A DNA stretch of 58,350 nt, counting the filler, from a bacterium (GTDB taxonomy: Bacteria; UBP15; UBA6099; JAJRTR01), in the NCBI GenBank assembly GCA_024278215.1. It is 4 parts of 4 records of this genome, joined end to end, with 100 filler letters (N's around TTAATTAATTAA, not from the genome) between each part and the next. Parts side by side here need not be neighbours in the genome. Positions count along the whole stretch, not along the records: positions 45,170 to 58,350 come from JAJRTR010000020.1; 3 more parts are not named here. One strand, 5' to 3'. A program made the position numbers and the translations under genes. The notes beneath the pieces are model-generated. The model made no database searches. It saw nothing but the letters and a program-made list of their open reading frames with translations, and was not told the DNA's origin. Below are positions 50,934 to 58,350 of this stretch, piece after piece. Positions within the stretch are counted from its first letter, which is position 1; every line of letters starts with the position of its first letter.

Positions 50934-53579
50934 TTGGAAAAAGATATACTCGATATCACAAGGCGCATCATCGATTCGCGCGCCGCTATGCATAAAGGGC
51001 TCCCGCCGCTTGACCCCAAAAAGAAGGAAGAAGAAGGCGGCTGCGGCGTCACCGGTTTCTGCTGCACGCTTCCTGTCGCGGGCCGGCATATCTTCGAGCC
51101 GTCCGTGCAGATGCACAATCGCGGCAACGGCAAGGGCGGCGGCATCGCGGCCGTAGGCTTCGATCCCGACCAGCTCGGCATCTCCCGCGACGTGCTCGAA
51201 AACCACTACTGCTTCCAGGTGGCTGTCCTCGATCCCAAATGTATAAAGAACCTCGAAAAGAAACACATCTTCAGGAACTTCGACGTCGACACGTACGGCA
51301 AGCTCGATACTGTGAAAAACTGGCGCGACCTCGAGAGTCTCGAAGTGAAACCGCCGGACATTTACCGCTATTTCGTCCGCGTTAAGGATGCTGTTCTCGA
51401 TAAATGGATAAAGAAGAACAGACTCGAAAAGATGCCGCGCGGCGAGGCGGAGGACGAATTCATACACCAGGCCGCAGGCGCGATAAATAACGAATACTAT
51501 GCTTCACTCGGCGAACAACAGGCGTTCGTTATCTCGAAGGGCCGCAACATGCAGGTTCTCAAGATTGTCGGATACGCCGAGGATGTTGTGCGCTACTACA
51601 AGATGGACGATTTCAGGGCGCACGTGTGGATCGCCCACCAGCGCTACCCCACAAAGGGGCGTGTGTGGCACCCCGGCGGCGCGCACCCGTTCGCCGGACT
51701 CGACGACGCCCTCGTCCACAACGGCGACTTCGCAAACTACTATTCTGTCGCCGAATACCTGCGGCAGCACGGCTATGTGCCCATGTTTCTGACAGACACG
51801 GAAGTCGCCATCCTTGTTTTCGACCTCCTCAGCCGCATCCATCACTACCCGCTCGAGTACATCATCGAGGCCCTCGCGCCGACGACCGAGATGGACTTCG
51901 ACCTGCTCCCGCTCCGACGCCAGAAACTCTACAGGCAGATACAGGTGGCGCATATACACGGTTCACCCGATGGCCCGTGGTTCTTCATCATCGCGCGCAA
52001 CTGTTTTTACGAAAAGAAGTTTCAATTGCTCGGCATCACCGACACGGCTATGTTGCGCCCACAGGTTTTCGCCGTCCAGAACGGCGAGATACAGACCGGG
52101 CTCGTGTGCTCCGAAAAACAGGCTATCGACGCCACGCTCCTCAGCCTCGCCAAAGAGGATAAACGCTTCTGTCCCATCGCCGACAAGTACTGGAACGCGC
52201 GCGGCGGCAGCCACAGGAACGGCGGGACGTACATTTTCACTATCGAGGACGACGCCTCGTCACCTACAGGCAAAAAGATGGTCTGCGCAGACAAATTCGG
52301 CCGACCCGTCGAGACGCCGCCCGAACAGTCCCTGTGCGATATTACAGCCGAAATCGGCGCTGCAACTAAAAACGATATCGCGAAAAAAGTTATTGAAAAG
52401 CATCTCAAAGCGGGCACCGCTAAAAAACTTGCCGTTGCCGCCGTCAAGAAAATGAAAGGCTGGGATTACGGCGCTCTGCGCAGGTTCTGCAATGCCGTAT
52501 CCGAACTGGCGCAGCAAAAAGACGCCTTCATGCACCCCGCGATCGAAACGCTCACGCACCTTGTTGATATGCGATACCACACAGGCGCGAAAAAACGGGC
52601 GTCCGTGCTTCAGATACTCCACATCGCACTCCACGAGATATTCCTTTCCGCGCCTGAAATACAATCGAAAAAAACCGGCGCGTATAAACTCATCGGCTGG
52701 AAAAACCGCGACAGACTCCGCGCGCCCCGCAAAAGCGAAACGACCCTGATTATAAACGCGAAAGGGTTCCAGCCCGAACTCAACGACCGCGACTCGAAGC
52801 TCATTGTCGACGGTTTCAAACTGGGCTGGAAAAACTTCATCACATTCGGACTCGTCGGGCAGCGCTTCCACGGTGTCGGACTCGGACCCGAAACGGACGG
52901 TGTGCGCATCGATATATACGACAGCTCGGGCGACTATCTCGCGTCGGGCATAGACGGCCTGCATATCTACGTGCACGGCAACGGTCAGGACCAGATCGGC
53001 CAGATTACTAAACGCGGCAAACTCGTCGTTTACGGCGATGTGGGCCAGACATTCATGTACGGCGCGAAAGGCGGCGAGGCATATATCCTCGGCCATGCCG
53101 CGGGCCGTCCGCTCATCAACGGCGTCGGCAAGCCCCGCGTCATAATCAACGGCACCTGTCTCGATTACCTTGCCGAATCGTTCATGGCAGGCGATCCGCT
53201 CGACGGCGGCGGCTTCGTCGTCATAAACGGTCTCGAATGCGACGACTACGGAAACTTCGCGCTGAGGCCGCGCCCCTATCCAGGCAGCAATCTCTTCTCG
53301 ATGGCGTCAGGCGGCGCTATCTACCTGCTCGATCCCTACCGGAAAACTGTCGAGGAACAACTCAACGGTGGACAGTTCATGCCCATGACCGATGCCGACT
53401 GGCAACTCATCAAACCTTATCTCGAAGAAAACGAACGGCTTTTCGGTATTAAGATTGACGACCTTCTCACCGTCGACGGCAAAAAGATGAAGCCGACGGA
53501 CGCATACATAAAAGTAGGCGCGGTCAAGCTCGGCGTGCTATCGGGAACAGCCGACGACGACGTCAACCTCGGCTCGTAA
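50934..53579 (+). CDS. Glutamate synthase amidotransferase (class II GATase) fused to GXGXG domain
   Basis: EEGGCGVTG, HNRGNG, HQRYPT, AHPF, VHNGD, TDTE; C-terminal GNGQDQ..GDVGQTFMYGAKGG..GSNLFSMASGG. Confidence 0.9.
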   Translation: MEKDILDITRRIIDSRAAMHKGLPPLDPKKKEEEGGCGVTGFCCTLPVAGRHIFEPSVQMHNRGNGKGGGIAAVGFDPDQLGISRDVLENHYCFQVAVLDPKCIKNLEKKHIFRNFDVDTYGKLDTVKNWRDLESLEVKPPDIYRYFVRVKDAVLDKWIKKNRLEKMPRGEAEDEFIHQAAGAINNEYYASLGEQQAFVISKGRNMQVLKIVGYAEDVVRYYKMDDFRAHVWIAHQRYPTKGRVWHPGGAHPFAGLDDALVHNGDFANYYSVAEYLRQHGYVPMFLTDTEVAILVFDLLSRIHHYPLEYIIEALAPTTEMDFDLLPLRRQKLYRQIQVAHIHGSPDGPWFFIIARNCFYEKKFQLLGITDTAMLRPQVFAVQNGEIQTGLVCSEKQAIDATLLSLAKEDKRFCPIADKYWNARGGSHRNGGTYIFTIEDDASSPTGKKMVCADKFGRPVETPPEQSLCDITAEIGAATKNDIAKKVIEKHLKAGTAKKLAVAAVKKMKGWDYGALRRFCNAVSELAQQKDAFMHPAIETLTHLVDMRYHTGAKKRASVLQILHIALHEIFLSAPEIQSKKTGAYKLIGWKNRDRLRAPRKSETTLIINAKGFQPELNDRDSKLIVDGFKLGWKNFITFGLVGQRFHGVGLGPETDGVRIDIYDSSGDYLASGIDGLHIYVHGNGQDQIGQITKRGKLVVYGDVGQTFMYGAKGGEAYILGHAAGRPLINGVGKPRVIINGTCLDYLAESFMAGDPLDGGGFVVINGLECDDYGNFALRPRPYPGSNLFSMASGGAIYLLDPYRKTVEEQLNGGQFMPMTDADWQLIKPYLEENERLFGIKIDDLLTVDGKKMKPTDAYIKVGAVKLGVLSGTADDDVNLGS

Positions 53580-53668
53580 GACACTATCGTGCACACTGAA
53601 AAGAATTAAGAGATTATATGGAATCGTAATCGGAAATATATCCGGGACAATTCATTGCAGGAAAACAT

Positions 53669-55709
53669 TTATCCTGGCCTGTCTCCGAATGTCAGTACAT
53701 CCATCGGGCATAATGCTATACATTCGCCACATGCTATGCAGGGTGTGTTTTTCACTGAAAATGATTCCTGCCGCAGGGCGAAACCTTTGATGTCGATTCC
53801 CATTTCGCAGTACCTGTTGCACTGTCCGCAGTCTATACAACGGTCATTGGAGGAGATTTTATATTTTGACAACACAGCGCCCAGAAGATTCATATAGGCG
53901 GCGAGTGGACAAAGGTATCTGCACCAGATTCGAGCGCCGAAGAACGGGTACATTCCGACTCCGATAATGCCCGAAAATATCAGGTAGACTATGATATTGT
54001 ACCAGTACTGTACGCTGTTCACTGCCGGGGCGCTCACGGCAGTATTCTTCAGCACAATCATACCTGTCATCAGAACTGAAGCCGTAAGAACGACATATAT
54101 TATCCGCTCTCTCCTGCGGCTGATATAGCCCTTTGGAGCCAGCCGTCTGAACGGTTCGCCGAATGTTTCCGCGAGTGCGCCGCACCCGCATATCCATGAG
54201 CAGCATCTCTTGCCGTGGAAGTAGACAAAAACCGGCATGGCGATAAACGCAAGGAACACAGTGAAAAACGTATAAAAAACAAGTTCAGGATTCGAGTTGC
54301 CCATCACAAAAAAACTGTTTGCCCACGATGCGGGTGCGAGTGTGAGCGGCCACACTGTAATCAGAGTTGCAGCTTTCGCACCGAGATATTTCACCGGCAT
54401 CAGGGTCAGGCCGAAAAGGAAAACTGTCTGAAAAAATATACATGAAATGGTTTTCCATCTTATATAATCATGAAGCCTGTAATGCCGCTTCCGCTTTCCG
54501 TTCAATATCCATAATCCGAATCCGCCGACAAGAAGTGTGTATAGCACACCATACCACTTTGCAGCCAGAAAACTCAGCACAGGATTTGATATTTCCGCCG
54601 CACTTTTCAGTCCATAATGCCCAAGCAGCGCTTTCATTCCGAATGACTTGAAAAGATACATGCTGATAATGAAAGCAATAAAGATTGCAAAAAAGATATA
54701 GCGCCGGGAATTCCAGGTATCAGCAATTTTGACACCGACTTTGCCGAGAAAATCATAAGGGGCTCTCGATCCGGCGTTTATTATTGTCCTGTCGTTAGGA
54801 ATTTCTCTGAGCCCGTCCGGTGTCTTAAGAGTAACAGAATTTTCATTGATACTTGTGACGGTCGTATCGTAAAGGATAACGATTTCACCGCGAACCTGTT
54901 TTGATTTTAATATTGAAATATTTCGCGTGCGCGGCCTGCTGAGTTCCGGGCCTCTGACCGCCATAGTAACCCTGTTGTTTTCACTAAGAGCAATGACGGA
55001 CTCGGCGGCCTGGTCGCCCGCGCCCACCACCAGCACATCAAAATCCCTGTATTTCGACGGATCGTAAAGTTTATATGTAACCTTATCGAGTTCTTCTCGT
55101 GACGCCGAGTTTGCGCGGATCGCCCTGTTTGCCGACCGCGAGTATAACCCGCATCGCCCTGAAGGTCGTGCCGCCTGTTGTCGTGATCACGAATATGCCG
55201 TCGCTGCCCTTCTTTATATCGGCAACTTTTTCTCCGGTTTTGATATTAAGTTCTGCTTCAGAAAGGTCTGTGTCCCAGCGCTCAAGAAGCTTTTCCCTTG
55301 TGCATTCCTCGAACCAGAGGTCTCCTTTCAACTGAAGGGAAAGAGGTTCGGCGAAAAGTTTTTTACCGATGTGGAAGTTCCTGACGGTATTGGCGGTTCT
55401 TTCGCCCTCGAGGACAACGTAATTCAAGTTGCGCCCGCAGGCGGCGAACGCAGCCGATAATCCAGCGGCCCCGGCACCTACTATGGCAAGCTGATAAACA
55501 TCTTCCGAAGGTGACGGCGGGACCCCTTCGGCAGCAATTCGTTCGACAAGATCGTGTGCCTGATTTATTGATATTTTAAGAAGTGGGTAACCTGTGATAT
55601 CGCCGCATAGGTACATTCCCTCTACCGCTGTCTGCAAATCGTTGTCAATATCAGGAAACGTAAGTATGGACGGGTCGGACACAGGTTTCTTTTCAAAAAA
55701 CCCCCACAT
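53669..55709 (-). pseudogene. Thioredoxin-reductase-like flavoprotein fused to a membrane 4Fe-4S-binding domain, frameshifted near 55098
   Basis: ORF 55083-55709 ends KQGDPRKLGV(TRRTR*); a second frame continues EELDKVTYKLYDP..VLVVGAGD into TM helices with CSWICGCG, WCRYLCP and two CxxCxxC motifs. Confidence 0.75.
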
Positions 55710-55816
55710 AATAATCTCTCCCCAAAAAAACTTTCACTTTACTTCGCCGGAAAAAGACAAGTGCCATACCACAGAATAAAATATTGCTTAACGGCAAACT
55801 GCCATTGTATTCGTTG

Positions 55817-57463
55817 TTACATCGGACAAATTACCTCGCCCAGTTTTTCGTTCAACTTTATATTTTGTGAATAATCAACGTTAATAATAATTATTGTGGG
55901 AAGCTCCCTGTCATTGAAAGCAATGTCAAGCGCGTCAGGGAATTCGCTTGCCTTTTCGATACTGATGCCCCGGCAGCCGTATGCTCCGGCAAGTTTTACA
56001 AAATCCGGATTGAGAAGTTCCGTATGCGATGTTCGGCAATATCGCAGTTGCTGCTTCCAGGAAATCAGCCCGTATCCGTTATCGTTCCAGATAATCACAG
56101 TGACGGGAATCCTGTACTTTACAGCGGTAATCAGGCCCTGAACATTCATCATGAAACCGCCGTCGCCGCAGAGCGCGACAACTTTTTTGTCTGGAAAAAC
56201 CTTCTGGGCGGCAATCGCGCCGGGCAGCGCGAATCCCATAGAACAAAATCCGTTTGTGATGATACATGTTCCGGGTTGATAAGTAGGGTAATGTCTGGCG
56301 ACCCACATTTTATGCGCGCCGACATCGGAGATAAGTATGTCTTTATTACCCATAGCCAGCCGCAAGTCATAAAGTATCTTCTGAGGTTTCATCGGCATTT
56401 CCGTGTCGTCTTTAAACTCAAGAAGTTCATCCGTCATTCTTTTCCTGAGGCTGTCGTAATACGGTTCCGTCTTACGATGACATTCCTCTATGTTTTCGAT
56501 AATAACACGCAGGGTTTCGCCGATCTCACCGACCATATCCACATCGACAACATAATCCTCGTCGACCTCCGCCGGTTGTGTGTCTATATGAATTATCTTC
56601 TTCGGCGCTCCCTTGTTCCACCTGTCCGGGGGCCATTCCACAAGATCATATCCGATGCAGATTACAAGATCGGACTTCTCGAAAGCCTCCATGACAAGGT
56701 CCCTGACACCAAGGCCCACGCAGTAGAGATTCCTGCTGTGCCGCGCCGAGAGCGCGCCTTTTCCCATGAACGAGTTGGCAGCATAAATGCCTGTTTTATC
56801 AATAAATTCGGAGATCAGCCCGGATTTCCTGGCCCTGACGGCACCGTTGCCGAAGAGTATTACAGGCTGTCTGGAGTCGCGGATCAGGCTGAGTATTTTC
56901 TGCACATGATGAAGCTCAACCCCTCCATGCTGCCTGTCAATTACATAAGGTATTGGTCTGCCGTCAACGATTTCCTTTGCAATATCTTCAGGCAGTTCAA
57001 TCACAGTCGCGCCGGGTTTTTCTTTCCAGGCTACTTTAAAAGCCTTCCTTATCACTTCGGGAATGCTTGCGGGATCACGGACCGTTCCGGCCCATTTTGT
57101 TACCGGCTCGAACATCCGAATGGAATCCATGTTCTGGTGTGATTCTTTGTGAAGCCGCTTTGTCGAAGCCTGTCCGACAATCGCGACAAGCGGCGAGTAG
57201 TCAAGGGTGGCGCTCGCGACACCGGTAATAAGATTCGTCGCGCCCGGCCCGAGTGTTCCAAGGCATACTCCGGGCCTCCCGGTCACTCTCCCGTATACAT
57301 CAGCCATAAAGGCGGCGGCCTGTTCGTGTCGGCATGTTATAAATTCCATGGTCGAGTCGAGCAGGGAAATCATGATGTCAGCGTTCTCTTCTCCAGGGAC
57401 TCCGAATATTGTGTCCACACCCTCTGCTTCAAGGCACCTTATGAAAAGGTCTGATGCTTTCAT
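55817..57463 (-). CDS. Acetolactate synthase large subunit (TPP enzyme)
   Basis: FGVPGEEN, RHEQAAAFMA, TLGPGATN, SDVGAHKMW, GDGGFMMN...WNDNGYG. Confidence 0.93.
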   Translation of the reverse strand: MKASDLFIRCLEAEGVDTIFGVPGEENADIMISLLDSTMEFITCRHEQAAAFMADVYGRVTGRPGVCLGTLGPGATNLITGVASATLDYSPLVAIVGQASTKRLHKESHQNMDSIRMFEPVTKWAGTVRDPASIPEVIRKAFKVAWKEKPGATVIELPEDIAKEIVDGRPIPYVIDRQHGGVELHHVQKILSLIRDSRQPVILFGNGAVRARKSGLISEFIDKTGIYAANSFMGKGALSARHSRNLYCVGLGVRDLVMEAFEKSDLVICIGYDLVEWPPDRWNKGAPKKIIHIDTQPAEVDEDYVVDVDMVGEIGETLRVIIENIEECHRKTEPYYDSLRKRMTDELLEFKDDTEMPMKPQKILYDLRLAMGNKDILISDVGAHKMWVARHYPTYQPGTCIITNGFCSMGFALPGAIAAQKVFPDKKVVALCGDGGFMMNVQGLITAVKYRIPVTVIIWNDNGYGLISWKQQLRYCRTSHTELLNPDFVKLAGAYGCRGISIEKASEFPDALDIAFNDRELPTIIIINVDYSQNIKLNEKLGEVICPM

Positions 57464-57607
57464 TTGTTTCCTCGATCAGTGATTTTCTGATTATGTTATT
57501 TTATACTGTTGTCATCAACTATAAACAATATTGTGGCAATAAAAGGTTCCATTTTGTTCGAAATTGTATTTTGATGTTCAGCGATATTGTATAGAATATC
57601 CGCAATC

Positions 57608-58090
57608 ATGTTTTTAACAAACATATATCCGCCGTCAATTATTTTGATTGCTTCTTTCGGAGCGATTGCGCTGTTTCCGGGTGTGAAAGCTCATGCCGCA
57701 ATATATATTGCGGCGTGGGCGGCGGCATCATGCGCGTATCTATATTGTATATATCTCGAAAAAGGATTGCGGTAACAGAAAATACCTGACCGCTACGATC
57801 GTACTTGCACTTGCCGTCAGGACCGTCGCATGGTTTTGTCCACCGGAGTTTACAACTGATTTCTACAGGTACGTCTGGGACGGCAAAATCGCATCGGAAG
57901 GCATAAATCCTTACAGGTATCCGCCGGTTGCCGAAGAAATAAAACAATACAGGACACCAGGAATATATAATAAAATAAATCACAAAAAAGTGTCGACCGG
58001 ATACGGGCCCGCGGCGCAATACATTTTCAGGGGGCTTTATTTTGTTTTCGGCGAAACAATTGCAGGGTGGCGGCTGTTTTTCTTTATCAG
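57608..58090 (+). pseudogene. GT87/DUF2029-like membrane glycosyltransferase, frameshifted and truncated
   Basis: TDFYRYVWDGK...GINPYRYPP...INH....T.YGPAAQ motif; the hydrophobic N-terminus is in another frame; ends early at an AT-rich block. Confidence 0.65.
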
Positions 58091-58350
58091 GGATTATCAC
58101 AGATAGAAAAAGACCCTAATTCATGGTTGAAAGCGTCGTAAAACCCTAATGATTTAAGGCATTCAGAGACAAGTTGCTGGAATTGGCAATCATATTTTAG
58201 GGTGATATACCTGAATGCGAAAGCACATAAAACCGGTCAAATTCAAGATAAAATAAAGAAAAGCTCGTTATATCTGCAAAATACAATTTCTTTAACACAT
58301 TCTATATCATTTATAGTACTGTTATAAGACCCTAATTATTTGGAATTATC

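Overview
A 58 kb pseudo-scaffold made of four contigs (1-10342, 10443-23847, 23948-45069, 45170-58350) joined by artificial 100-bp N44-TTAATTAATTAA-N44 linkers, so adjacency across linkers is not evidence of linkage. The source looks like a diderm, probably anaerobic bacterium; I cannot name the taxon. Housekeeping genes: hypB, pyrG, a NagD-type HAD hydrolase, transaldolase, the tRNA-Thr/Tyr/Gly/Thr-tuf operon, recA-rny, partial rsmA, acetoacetate-CoA ligase, mvhD-metV-metF, a three-part glutamate synthase and an acetolactate synthase. There is a cobalamin riboswitch followed by a BtuG-like lipoprotein and a BtuB-like receptor. The surface-protein complement is large: two signal-peptide-bearing proteins resembling phage tail fibres, a >2150-aa repeat protein with a T9SS/FlgD-Ig-type C-terminal domain next to a PorV-like barrel, and a 2023-aa propeller-Fn3-dockerin protein. 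Intergenic DNA carries at least three families of short inverted-repeat elements. Two of these have different termini but share one rod-like hairpin core (CAAGGCG...CRTAC-loop-GTAYG...CAACGCAG); this shared core and the fibre/surface-display loci are the most novel-looking signals. No CRISPR array, reverse transcriptase or transposase was seen. Everything was read by eye; no searches were run.
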